Of a stretch of 54,992 nucleotides of DNA, positions 35,935 to 45,455 are shown one piece after another (position 1 is the first letter of the stretch; every line of letters begins with the position of its first letter). Both the position numbers and the translations under genes were made by a program. This DNA is from a bacterium (GTDB taxonomy: Bacteria; Hydrothermota; Tepidihabitantia; SM23-42): NCBI GenBank assembly GCA_029933705.1, contig JAOZNQ010000001.1:1-54992 (forward strand), in the 5' to 3' direction. The notes below the pieces were generated by a model, which had not been told where the DNA came from, made no database searches, and saw only the letters and a program-made list of their open reading frames with translations.

Positions 35935-37104
35935 ATGAACCGTTCTGAAGGAAGGGTCTGGGCTGAGATTTATTTAGACCGACTTATCAAGAATTACTAT
36001 CAGATCAAAAAGAAAGTAGGTAAGGCACGGATAATGGCGGCGATTAAGGCCGATGCCTATGGGCATGGGGCAAGGGAGGTCGGCCGCACCCTCGAGGCCG
36101 AAGGTATTGAGATGTTTGGTGTGGCAAGCATTGAGGAAGGAGTTGAATTACGAGAGGGAGGTATCCAGACCCCGATTCTTATTCTGAGTCCGATTCTCTA
36201 TTCCCAGATTGATACACTACTTGAATATGACCTGATGCCTACAATATCTGAATTGAGTTTTTATAACCACCTGGAACGAAAGTTGAGGAAACTGAGGCGG
36301 CCGATAAAGATCCATATCGAGGTGGATACCGGTATGACACGGACCGGTTTTTCCTATAACAAAATCAAGCAGGCGATTCATAAAATCGGGAAATCCCGTT
36401 TTATCAAAATTGAAGGTTTCTTCTCCCATTTTCCGGTTGCGGATGCAGATGGCTCTTTCACCAAGAAACAGATTGAGGATTTTAAGGGATTGTTGAAGCA
36501 GATGCATAACCTACGGGTTCGACCCCGGTATGTGCATCTGGCCAACTCAGCGGGAATCTTTAAATATCCCAGGGCCTATTTTAATCTCGTGCGTCCAGGA
36601 ATTGCCCTCTATGGTTTACGTCCCAGTCCTTCTATCGATTTTGGTAAGAATTTTGCCCCGGTTCTTGCATTGAAATCAAGGGTGGTGAATGTTCGTCAGG
36701 TTGGTCCACAAACTCCAATCAGTTATGGCCATCGTTTTATTACCAAGAGGCGGAGTCGGATTGCTACAGTAAGTGTGGGATATGGTGATGGTTATCCCAG
36801 GGTTTTATCCAATCGGGGTGAGGTACTCATCCGGGGTACACGGGCAAGGATTGTAGGAACTGTATGTATGGATTTGATTATGATCGATGTTACCCATATT
36901 CATGGGGTGAGGGTTGGGGATATTGTTACCCTGATTGGCCAGGACGGTAAGGATGAGATCAGCGCTGAAGAATGTGCCCGATGGGCGAATACCATAGTCT
37001 ACGAAATTACTTCAGGAATTGGTCCCCGGGTTGCAAGGGTTTACAAGATAAAGGGGCGCACGATTGAAATCAGAAATTTACTGGGAAGGTGGCGAAATGC
37101 TTGA
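35935..37104 (+). CDS. alr: Alanine racemase
   Basis: AAIKADAYGHG (PLP lysine), SHFPVAD and VSVGYGDGYPR. The start is moved from 35878 to ATG 35935 (MNRSEGRVWAEI). Confidence 0.9.
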   Translation: MNRSEGRVWAEIYLDRLIKNYYQIKKKVGKARIMAAIKADAYGHGAREVGRTLEAEGIEMFGVASIEEGVELREGGIQTPILILSPILYSQIDTLLEYDLMPTISELSFYNHLERKLRKLRRPIKIHIEVDTGMTRTGFSYNKIKQAIHKIGKSRFIKIEGFFSHFPVADADGSFTKKQIEDFKGLLKQMHNLRVRPRYVHLANSAGIFKYPRAYFNLVRPGIALYGLRPSPSIDFGKNFAPVLALKSRVVNVRQVGPQTPISYGHRFITKRRSRIATVSVGYGDGYPRVLSNRGEVLIRGTRARIVGTVCMDLIMIDVTHIHGVRVGDIVTLIGQDGKDEISAEECARWANTIVYEITSGIGPRVARVYKIKGRTIEIRNLLGRWRNA

Positions 37105-37190
37105 TAACAATGATAATGGTTTTATACCAATAGATTCCTCCGGCCGGCTGTTTGGGAAGGGAATAATAGATTTTTTATAAGGAGGCAGAT

Positions 37191-38243
37191 ATGAAGAAAT
37201 TATTGATTCTATTGATGTTTGTCTCCATTTTTGCACAGGAGACAACACATGTGGTAAAGAAGGGCGATACCCTCTGGGATATTGCCGGAATATACTATCA
37301 GAATCCATTTCTCTGGCCCTATATCTGGCGTGCCAATTTGACCAAAATCAATGATCCTCACTGGATATATCCAGACCAGGAATTTGTTATTCCACCTGCA
37401 CCTGAGGAGGCAATCGGTGAGGTTCCTGCACCACCGACGCCAATGCCGGCACCAACTCCAGCTCCAGAATCGGTTGCGGTTCCTCCTGAAGAGGTTGTGA
37501 TGCCAACACCACCACCGCCGAGTAAGCCTGCTGCAGAGGTTATATCTGTGGTCAGTCCGGAAGAGAGGGTTTTCAGTGAAGAAATGATCCATCGGGCTGG
37601 ATTCATTCTTGAAGACGACCTTCCCTACTGGGGTAAGATCATTGGAACCGAACCTGCAGCCACCAAGCACATAACAACTTTCAGGAAGATCTATATTGAT
37701 CGTGCTACTGATGTCAAGGCTGGTGATATTCTGACAATCTATCGGCCGGGTCATGTGGTCACGCATCCCAAGACCGGACGAAGGTTGGGTAAGGAGATAA
37801 TTGTTCTGGGTAAGGCAGAGATTGAGGAAGTAGGTCCTGACGGCTCACGATGTAAGGTGATAGCATCTTATGATATTATCAAAAAGGGTGATTTTGTAAC
37901 CCCTTATGAGCCGATACTTGCTCCAGAAAAGGTAACTCTCATTCCAACGGAAAAGGATATTGAAGGTTATGTTGTTGAGGTGAAGAACAAAGACATTCTT
38001 ACACCATCCAATATCTTTGCGTATGTTGATCAGGGTGAGGACGCGGGGATTGCGGTCGGAGATATCTTTGATGTCTATGAGAAACGTGAAGTTGAAGGCA
38101 AGAAGATGCCCGATTTCAATATCGCCCGGATCCAAATTGTAAGTGTCTTTAAGAACGCTTCGATTGGATTGTTGCTTGTGCAACGGGAAACATCCGTGGT
38201 GAAGAGAGGTATGCATTGCCGCCTCTCGATGGAGGTGAGGTGA
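37191..38243 (+). CDS. Secreted LysM-domain protein with Pro-rich linker and two beta-rich C-terminal repeats
   Basis: SD AAGGAGG. Signal peptide MKKLLILLMFVSIFAQ. LysM domain HVVKKGDTLWDIAGIYYQNPFLWPYIW...IYPDQEFVIP. Linker PAPPTPMPAPTPAPE...PTPPPPSKP. Two GD-x-hydrophobic barrel-like units (VKAGDILTIYRPG..., IAVGDIFDVYEKR...). Confidence 0.7.
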   Translation: MKKLLILLMFVSIFAQETTHVVKKGDTLWDIAGIYYQNPFLWPYIWRANLTKINDPHWIYPDQEFVIPPAPEEAIGEVPAPPTPMPAPTPAPESVAVPPEEVVMPTPPPPSKPAAEVISVVSPEERVFSEEMIHRAGFILEDDLPYWGKIIGTEPAATKHITTFRKIYIDRATDVKAGDILTIYRPGHVVTHPKTGRRLGKEIIVLGKAEIEEVGPDGSRCKVIASYDIIKKGDFVTPYEPILAPEKVTLIPTEKDIEGYVVEVKNKDILTPSNIFAYVDQGEDAGIAVGDIFDVYEKREVEGKKMPDFNIARIQIVSVFKNASIGLLLVQRETSVVKRGMHCRLSMEVR

Positions 38244-38704
38244 AAGAGAAGGAAGTTCTAAGTCAGGTTTACCTGTTCCGCGAATTGACGCCCAGTGAGA
38301 TGGATATTCTCATTTCGATCTCCAAGGAAAAACGGATTAAAAAGAATGAGGTGATTTTTAAAGAGGGTGATATCGGTGATGCATTCTATCTGATTGTTTC
38401 GGGTAGTGTTCGGATTTCAACGATTGTGCCCGGGGTTGGGGAGGAGGCATTGACGATTCTGCGTGAAGGTGAATACTTCGGTGAGATGGCATTGATCGAC
38501 GATGCTCCACGTTCCGCCTCGGCCATCGCCAATGACGATACAATTCTGCTCTCTATCGGTAAAGAGGATTTCCGAAAACTCCTGGCCCAGGATACCAAGA
38601 TTGCCTACAAGTTGCTCTGGGTATTCACCAAGACACTTTCTGCACGATTGCGCAAGACCGATGAACAGCTGAAGAGCATCTTCTCGATAGCAAAGACATT
38701 CTGA
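38240..38704 (+). CDS. Stand-alone cyclic-nucleotide-binding (CAP effector) domain protein, no DNA-binding domain
   Basis: FRELTPSEMDIL..., GDAFYLIVSGSV and FGEMALIDDAPRSASAIA (FGE...R-S/T-A phosphate-binding cassette). GTG 38240 lies behind GGAGG (38231-38235) and overlaps the LysM-gene stop (GTGA). The protein ends about 20 aa after the cNMP domain. Confidence 0.8.
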   Translation: MKEKEVLSQVYLFRELTPSEMDILISISKEKRIKKNEVIFKEGDIGDAFYLIVSGSVRISTIVPGVGEEALTILREGEYFGEMALIDDAPRSASAIANDDTILLSIGKEDFRKLLAQDTKIAYKLLWVFTKTLSARLRKTDEQLKSIFSIAKTF

Positions 38705-38775
38705 TTCTAAGGTAGACACCGAGGAAGAGGAAAATTTAATGGACATTAGTCTTAAGTCTTAGAGTTGGAAATGTA

Positions 38776-39099
38776 ATGGCAAAGGTTCTGATACTTGTTT
38801 TGGCTCTTGCCCTGATTGTGGAAAGGATTACTCAGAAGGTGCTCTTTCTATTACCGATTTCAGAAAAGAAGGTCTGGGCCTGGATTGTGAGTACCGGGCT
38901 GGGGTTACTTATCAGTTTTTCCTTTTCGTTCGGGATTATCCGGGAACTCGGACTCGGAACCGGTTATCGTGTTGCCTGCTGGGTGGACTATTTTATCACA
39001 GGTTTACTGATCTCTTCGGGAAGCGAACCGGTGCATTCGATTGTTGAGGCCTTGGCAATGAAAAAGAATGAGTTGAAAAAGAAGGCGAAAGGTGTTTGA
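38776..39099 (+). CDS. Small integral membrane protein (about 3 TM)
   Basis: 107 aa. Hydrophobic segments VLILVLALALIV, WAWIVSTGLGLLISFSFSFGII and WVDYFITGLLISS, with a basic tail. Overlaps the next gene by 8 nt. Confidence 0.4.
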   Translation: MAKVLILVLALALIVERITQKVLFLLPISEKKVWAWIVSTGLGLLISFSFSFGIIRELGLGTGYRVACWVDYFITGLLISSGSEPVHSIVEALAMKKNELKKKAKGV

Positions 39100-42000
39100 T
39101 TTCTTCGGGGCACGGGATCCAGAAAAGGCCTTGCAAAAAGCACAGGAATATTTGAAGGAAGGTAAGGCCGAACCGGCAATCAAGGTTCTGGAGCAGAACC
39201 TTACTGATGGAGAGGAGTCTTTTGAAAATTATCAACTTCTTGCCCGACTCTATTATGAAGCAGAACAAAGGGAACAGGCGGTGCGTCTGCTGCAGCAGCT
39301 TCGTAAGATTGCACCATCGCGGGACGATGAGATCGTTTCCCTCATTTCTGAACTGTTTTACCGTCATCCCTCGATAGATAGTGGCGATTTCTTTATTCAT
39401 CTGTCAATCGCAAAAGAACGTTATGAAGAGATTGAGAAGATCCTGCGCGCCCTGAGTGACAGGGAAGTAAAGTTACTAATCACCCGTTATGATAAACTGA
39501 ATCAGAATATCAATTCCAAACAGGTGATTTCAAAAAGAGATTTTGAAAATTTGATAGTCCTCTCTGCTTTGAGATTTTTTACCAATGAGGGAGAGGTGGG
39601 TTTGAAGGTGATCGAACCGATGATCAGCGTCGATGTCTATGCCCCAAAGGTTCTGAAATGGGCGCGCACAATATCAAGAAGTCGTTTTAATGACTCTTAT
39701 TCTGCACTGTTGCTTCTCAAAGCCCAGCTGGCCAATGGTGAATATGATGCCGGGGTGGCTCAGGCCCAGCGGATATTTGAGAAATTTCCTGACTTCATCG
39801 ATCCTTTGATTGATACTATAATAAAGACAAAGCTTCCCAAGGATTATGAAGTAAAATTTTCTGAATTCCTTACGGAGTTGTATATTAAAAAAGGTGACTT
39901 CGCTACATCCATTGAACAGCTGAAGAGAATTCTCGCTGAAGACCCGAGCAAGATTGATGATGTAATCAAGGGGTTAAGGGAATTACAGCGCGTAAACCCT
40001 AAGGACCTTAAAATTCTTTACACCTTGGGTGATACATATCTTGATGCAGGTCGGGTTTCCCTGGCGATAAACGAGTTTGATAAAATACTTGAAATCGCTC
40101 CGCAAGATTATGATAAGATCATCGACCGATATAAGAAGGCATTTGAGAAAGAGCCGAATAACCCTTTGGTAATTCAGGGTATTGTCAATACCTATTTGAA
40201 AAAAGAAGCAGTTGATGAAGCGGTGGCGGTTATTGAGAGGGCATATAAGGGTGACCCTGGATTGCTCGATGAATATATATTGAACCTCAATGCGATTCTG
40301 GAGAAGAAGTTGGATAACACCAAGGCGCTCTATCTACTGGGGCTCTGCTATGGCCATAAGGGTGACAAGGAGCGTGCCCTGGTGATTTTTCAAGACCTGA
40401 TGGACCAGGGAGAATACCGCTATGTGGATGAAGCCACCAAGGAGATTCTCGATAAGGTTGAGGACTTTGATTATATAAATCTCAGGGCACGAAGTTTGTG
40501 CATGCTCAAAAGATATGATGAGGCATTCGGATTGATAAAACCATACCTTGATGAACCGGCTGAGAAACTCCTTATATTCTTTTCGACACTTGATATGATT
40601 ATCAATAAACAACCTGCACTTCTGGATAAAGTTTTACCTATCTATAAGAGATATAAAGAAGAGGACCCCTTCATCGGTGAGCTGGCTATGGCACGTGCCC
40701 AAGCATTTGCGGGTAAATATAATGAGGCGGTAAAAGGGTTTGAACGGTGCCTTGCCGAAGAGGAACAGAAGGATGTGGCAAAGCGGGCCTTGATTGAAGT
40801 GATTAAGGAGCGGCCTGACGCGGTGCCCTTATTATTGACTGCGGCCAGGATCTTTATGAAAGAAGGCGAACTTGAGATTGCCACACAGTTTTTCAAAACC
40901 GCCCAGATGGTCGATCCCAAGGCGTTCTTTGAGATCATCGATGAATTTTATGATGCACTCAAGGCGTTTCCCAAGGATCGTGAGGTCAGGACCGTTTTGA
41001 TTGAAACATTCTTCCAGCGCAAATTATGGGATCGGGTGATTGAAGAGGCAAATCGGGCGATTGAGGTTTTTGGTAGGAATGAACAGTATTTTAATCTGAA
41101 ACTGGGTCAGGCACTGGTGGAGAGCGGAAATTTGAGTGATGCGGTGAGGCCTTTGATGCTTTCACTCAACGGTGAAGAGGATTATTCACAGGAGGTGATT
41201 GATTATCTTGATAAGATCCTACAGATTGACAAAAGCAATGTTCCGGCCCATTTTGCCCGTGGTCGTGCCCTGAGCCGTGCCCATCGTCTGGATGAGGCGG
41301 TTGATGAGTATCTTTTGACCGTCAGAATCCTCCCTGCCCGGGCCGAGTATGTACTCGATGAACTGAAGGCCCTCTCTTCAAAGGCGATGGCAAATCCCAA
41401 AATTATCTTTGCCCTCGGTAGTGTCGAGGTGGTGCTCAAGAGGTATGATGATGCAATCAAACACCTTTCCCAGGCCTGTGAACTGGACAGCTCCTTGGTG
41501 AAGCGGGTGATCCCTCTATTTGAAAAGTTGTCCCGTGAAACATCGAGTCCACTGCTCGATTTTTCTCTGGCAAAGATATATCAGATTGCAGGCTTGAAGA
41601 ATTCCGCGGTCAAATATTATATGAAGGCACAGGCCGGGAATAAGGCATATCGTGAGCCCGCGATCTCCGAGATGAAGAAGATCTGTACCGCCAATCCCAA
41701 GGATGTTGAATCCCGTATGGGCTTGGCTGAACTCTATTTTGACTATAACAATCTTGAGGATACATCCACCCTGGTGAGTGAGGTCTATGAACTGGACCGA
41801 ACAAAGGCCAACTGGGTCAAGAAGTTTGTTGCCAAGATTCTGCAGAAGAATCCCCGTCATATCCCATCTTATTATTTTCTCGCCCACATATTTCTCAGTG
41901 AGAAGAGCTATAAAAAATGTGTTGAGGTCTATAAGAAACTCCTTGAGATGGTTCCCACTGAACTGCCCAAGGTGCTCAATATTCTGGGTAAATATGAAGA

Positions 42001-42817
42001 TGCAGATCCGGAAATTCTCTTTTTCCTCGGTCTGCTCCACCAGGAAAGTGGCGATGTCAAAAGGTCGGTTGAATTATTCAACAAACTCTATTCCCGAGAC
42101 CCCGGCTTTGGCTCAGCCATAACCTATCAAATTAAAGAGATTTTAAAGAAGAATGCGGATATGGGTGAAGCCTACTTACTGGCAAGCAAGATATTTGCGA
42201 TGGAGAAGGAGTATGAAAGGGCGATTGAGTCGATTCACCGCGCCCAGGAATTGATGCCTGAAAAAGAGGATATAATATTGAAAGAAGGGCAACTGTACTA
42301 CAAAATGGGTGAGCCTGAGAAGGCAATAAAGCTTTATACTGAACTATTAAATAGAACAAAGGACCGTAAGAAGATATATCGTTTGATCAGAAACACACGC
42401 AACAATTATTTGAAGGAAAAACTGGAGATGATAAAAGGCGACGACGATGAGGCGCGTCTCAAACGGGCCGACATCTATCTCCAGCTGAATAAACTTGATG
42501 AGGCAGGAAGAGAAATCCAATTTATCCCGAAAGATAATCTCCTGATGAAGGCACAGACAGTTCTCCGCGCCCGATTATATCTCAAACGGAATCGTCCAAT
42601 TGATGCACTTGAAATTATCAGAACCCTACCAGTAGATAAAGAGACCGCCTTGGTTTATGCAGATATCTATGAGGCGATGGGTTCGTATGGCATCGCTGCA
42701 GGGGTGTTGAGGCAGGCGGGTGTTGAAGGTGTTGAAGCGAGGATCGAGAACTACGAAAAACTTGCCTTGATGAGAAGATCGGCAAAGGGAAAATATTTCA
42801 TTGAAGGGAGGAGTTGA
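39092..42817 (+). CDS. Very large (1241-aa) all-TPR/helical-repeat cytoplasmic protein
   Basis: GTG start. No signal peptide. TPR-like 34-aa units run throughout (e.g. ALYLLGLCYGHKGDKERALVIFQDLM, AHFARGRALSRAHRLDEAVDEYLLTV). Confidence 0.6.
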   Translation: MFDFFGARDPEKALQKAQEYLKEGKAEPAIKVLEQNLTDGEESFENYQLLARLYYEAEQREQAVRLLQQLRKIAPSRDDEIVSLISELFYRHPSIDSGDFFIHLSIAKERYEEIEKILRALSDREVKLLITRYDKLNQNINSKQVISKRDFENLIVLSALRFFTNEGEVGLKVIEPMISVDVYAPKVLKWARTISRSRFNDSYSALLLLKAQLANGEYDAGVAQAQRIFEKFPDFIDPLIDTIIKTKLPKDYEVKFSEFLTELYIKKGDFATSIEQLKRILAEDPSKIDDVIKGLRELQRVNPKDLKILYTLGDTYLDAGRVSLAINEFDKILEIAPQDYDKIIDRYKKAFEKEPNNPLVIQGIVNTYLKKEAVDEAVAVIERAYKGDPGLLDEYILNLNAILEKKLDNTKALYLLGLCYGHKGDKERALVIFQDLMDQGEYRYVDEATKEILDKVEDFDYINLRARSLCMLKRYDEAFGLIKPYLDEPAEKLLIFFSTLDMIINKQPALLDKVLPIYKRYKEEDPFIGELAMARAQAFAGKYNEAVKGFERCLAEEEQKDVAKRALIEVIKERPDAVPLLLTAARIFMKEGELEIATQFFKTAQMVDPKAFFEIIDEFYDALKAFPKDREVRTVLIETFFQRKLWDRVIEEANRAIEVFGRNEQYFNLKLGQALVESGNLSDAVRPLMLSLNGEEDYSQEVIDYLDKILQIDKSNVPAHFARGRALSRAHRLDEAVDEYLLTVRILPARAEYVLDELKALSSKAMANPKIIFALGSVEVVLKRYDDAIKHLSQACELDSSLVKRVIPLFEKLSRETSSPLLDFSLAKIYQIAGLKNSAVKYYMKAQAGNKAYREPAISEMKKICTANPKDVESRMGLAELYFDYNNLEDTSTLVSEVYELDRTKANWVKKFVAKILQKNPRHIPSYYFLAHIFLSEKSYKKCVEVYKKLLEMVPTELPKVLNILGKYEDADPEILFFLGLLHQESGDVKRSVELFNKLYSRDPGFGSAITYQIKEILKKNADMGEAYLLASKIFAMEKEYERAIESIHRAQELMPEKEDIILKEGQLYYKMGEPEKAIKLYTELLNRTKDRKKIYRLIRNTRNNYLKEKLEMIKGDDDEARLKRADIYLQLNKLDEAGREIQFIPKDNLLMKAQTVLRARLYLKRNRPIDALEIIRTLPVDKETALVYADIYEAMGSYGIAAGVLRQAGVEGVEARIENYEKLALMRRSAKGKYFIEGRS

Positions 42818-45441
42818 TGAAGTGTCCTTTTCTGAGCAAAAGGAAGGATATCCTTGACAAGAGTGGCAAAAAGATAGGAGAGGAGATTACCCTCCAGGAA
42901 TGCGTGAAGAATGAGTGTATGGTTTATGACGGTGCGACAAAGTTATGTTCTTTACTTTCATCGAATATGAAGATTGGGGTGCTTATTGATGACTTCAAGA
43001 AGGGTATTGAGACGCTTAAAGAAGAGGTCTTCCAGCGCACCGAGGCGGTGACATCTGGGTTTTCTTCTGCAATTCAAACATTGCAGCAGACCTTAATCGG
43101 AAGATTCGATATTCTCCAGAAACAGAATGAAGTTATGGTGTTGGGGTTTGATAAATTACAGGAGACATTCAACAACAAATTTGAGGAGTTGAAACTTAAC
43201 TTCAGCGATTTCGCATCTAAGATAGATTCTCTGCACAGTAGCCTCATTGAGACCCTTTCCGATTATAACGGCCAGCTCATCAATCAGCTGAAGGAATTAT
43301 CCGAGGTGGTGAATGATAAAGGTGAAGGTTTGAAAGCCAATATTCAATCGGTTCAGGAAAAGATCCTTGAGGCGGACACGACGAATGCAAAGTTATTGGG
43401 AGAAATAAAAGAATTGAATGATAGATATACAACTAAATTGACTGAAATAGGAGAGATGATTGACCGTCAGGCCGAGGAGATGGAATCATTCGTAAGGGCC
43501 CTCAAGGATACAGCGGTAGAATTGAAGAATACAGACAGCCAATTTATCGATGAACTCAGAGAGTTTAAAGAGTCTATTTTGAATAAACTCACTCAGGGGA
43601 GTGAATTCACCCAGGCCCTGCAGGAAGGTCTCTCTTCCCAGCTCGAACTCCTCAAGGAGAACATAGCAAAATTGACCACCACCAATCAGGTGGGGATGGA
43701 GGCACTAGGTGGAGAGCTCAGTAGGATTAATCAACAGGGCAATGAGCTGATGGAGAGACTTCAAACTCTCGATAGTATATCTTCGGGTTTAGGTAACCTG
43801 GAAAACTCATTCCGCTCTGAACTTGCACAATTGAGGCAGGAGGGTACGAACTTCATCAGCTCTCTCTCCAACAAATTTGATGAACTCGCCCGTATCTTCT
43901 CCGAGGCGATAAAACCGGGTATTGATAGTATGACTGAATTGATAAAAGAGGAAATCAGTGGAGTTAAATCAGGAAGCTTGAATGCACTCCAGTCAATTTC
44001 GACAAAATTTGATGAACTTGCTGGTGTATTCTCAGAGGCGATCCAACCTGGAGTTGAGAAGATAAATGAACTCATTAAGACTGAGCTCAGCGCAGTGAGG
44101 ACCGAATCGATTGAGGCGATTAATGGACTTTCCCGGAAGGTTGATGAACTCAGCGGGACAATGAGCGATTCGATAAAGAGTGACCGTGAAAACATTCAGG
44201 AACTGGCAGAAAAATTTGCCGGTATCACCGAGACGATAAAGAATGAGATCAATGAATTTCGAAACAGTATTGCAACAAAATTTGACGGCCTGAACAATCT
44301 TCTGGCAGAGTCATCAAAAATCCAGCAGCAGGGTGCTGATATGATTGTGGCTCGTTTCGATTCTGTCGGTGATAACATTAAAGAAGAGGTGAAGGGGTTA
44401 CGGAGTGATACTACTGCAGTCTGGAGTGATTTTCGGAGTGAGATTGGTGGTTATCTTGATGGGGTGAAGAACGAGATAGTAAATTTGAAGAGCGATCAGA
44501 TCGCCTCACTCAATAATGTTCAGGGAGAACTGTCGAAATTGAAAGAACTCTTTACTCAATCTTCGGAGAGCCTTTCCACAATGAGTGATATGATGAAGAA
44601 CTTGAATAAGAATTATCTCGAGTCATTGAGCAAGATCGCCGGACTCGCAGAAGGGATGCGTAAGGGTGTAGAGAAGGTGGGTGATGGTATGCACGATTCG
44701 GTGAAGGACCTGATTGCAGAGATGAAAAAGGAAGTTGGTGCGCTGGAGAAACAATATGAGAAGACATTTGGTGATATTGCGCAGCTTGCTGAAAAATTTG
44801 AAGGGTTGAACAAGCGAATCAGAGAGATGACCCAGGAGGTTGAACATGAATTTAAAGAGTCATTTGAACGTCAGAGCAAACTCTCGGATTATACAAAGAC
44901 GATTTTGGAAAACATCAAGTCCTATTTTGAGAAGGAAGAGCAACGCTATAAGGACGAGCAGAAGAATCGCCAGAAGAAAGAAGGGCTTGATCACTTTGAC
45001 CGTGCAACACTCTATTATTACCGGGGCAATTATGAGCTTGCCCTGAATGAAGTCAATAAGGCCTTAGAGATTGAAAAGACCGCTGAATACCTCAATCTCA
45101 AAGGGCTTATCCTTGCTGAGCTGGGTAAGTTTGATGAGTCCAAGGAGACATATACTGAAGCCCTGAAACTGGAACCCAATCTCGCAGAGATACATAACAA
45201 TCTGGGTCTGCTCTACATTAAAATGAAGAAATTCGACGATGCGGTTGTCTCATTCCGGGATGCGACAAAGAAGAATATCCATTATGCCCTTGCCTATGTG
45301 AATCTCGGGAAGGCCCTGATTGAGCTGGAAAAATTTGATGAGGCGCTCAAGGCATATAATAAGGCATTGGAGATAGACCCGGCCAATAAAGAGGCATTGG
45401 AGGCGATCCAGTTATATAAAGAAGGAAAATTCAGTGAATAA
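42817..45441 (+). CDS. 874-aa protein (875 aa counted from the track's TTG 42814): N-terminal 4-Cys cluster, about 650 aa of segmented coiled coil with 44-aa repeats, and C-terminal TPR repeats
   Basis: SD GGGAGGAG. ATG 42817 overlaps the upstream TGA by 1 nt. N-terminus MKCPFL...LQECVKNECMVYDGATKLC. C-terminal TPRs (ATLYYYRGNYELALNEVNKALEI..., AYVNLGKALIELEKFDEALKAYNKALEIDP). Confidence 0.6.
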   Translation: MKCPFLSKRKDILDKSGKKIGEEITLQECVKNECMVYDGATKLCSLLSSNMKIGVLIDDFKKGIETLKEEVFQRTEAVTSGFSSAIQTLQQTLIGRFDILQKQNEVMVLGFDKLQETFNNKFEELKLNFSDFASKIDSLHSSLIETLSDYNGQLINQLKELSEVVNDKGEGLKANIQSVQEKILEADTTNAKLLGEIKELNDRYTTKLTEIGEMIDRQAEEMESFVRALKDTAVELKNTDSQFIDELREFKESILNKLTQGSEFTQALQEGLSSQLELLKENIAKLTTTNQVGMEALGGELSRINQQGNELMERLQTLDSISSGLGNLENSFRSELAQLRQEGTNFISSLSNKFDELARIFSEAIKPGIDSMTELIKEEISGVKSGSLNALQSISTKFDELAGVFSEAIQPGVEKINELIKTELSAVRTESIEAINGLSRKVDELSGTMSDSIKSDRENIQELAEKFAGITETIKNEINEFRNSIATKFDGLNNLLAESSKIQQQGADMIVARFDSVGDNIKEEVKGLRSDTTAVWSDFRSEIGGYLDGVKNEIVNLKSDQIASLNNVQGELSKLKELFTQSSESLSTMSDMMKNLNKNYLESLSKIAGLAEGMRKGVEKVGDGMHDSVKDLIAEMKKEVGALEKQYEKTFGDIAQLAEKFEGLNKRIREMTQEVEHEFKESFERQSKLSDYTKTILENIKSYFEKEEQRYKDEQKNRQKKEGLDHFDRATLYYYRGNYELALNEVNKALEIEKTAEYLNLKGLILAELGKFDESKETYTEALKLEPNLAEIHNNLGLLYIKMKKFDDAVVSFRDATKKNIHYALAYVNLGKALIELEKFDEALKAYNKALEIDPANKEALEAIQLYKEGKFSE
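43861..44124 (+). repeat. Two clear tandem in-frame 132-nt (44-aa) repeat units, with degenerate further units to about 44400
   Basis: Unit 1 (43861-43992) is SLSNKFDELARIFSEAIKPGIDSMTELIKEEISGVKSGSLNALQ. Unit 2 (43993-44124) is SISTKFDELAGVFSEAIQPGVEKINELIKTELSAVRTESIEAIN. My manual alignment gives 24 of 44 identical residues. Confidence 0.8.
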
Positions 45442-45455
45442 TACAGGAGAAAAGG

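Noticed and set aside
37209-37766. 185-aa minus-strand ORF, plus 37358..37606 and 37845..38216
   Set aside because: Antisense to the LysM gene, which has an SD, a signal peptide and a LysM motif. The Trp/Arg/Cys-rich low-complexity translation is implausible.
41516-42040. 174-aa minus-strand ORF inside the 1241-aa TPR gene
   Set aside because: A shadow ORF. The plus-strand frame is uninterrupted for 3.7 kb with coherent TPR periodicity.
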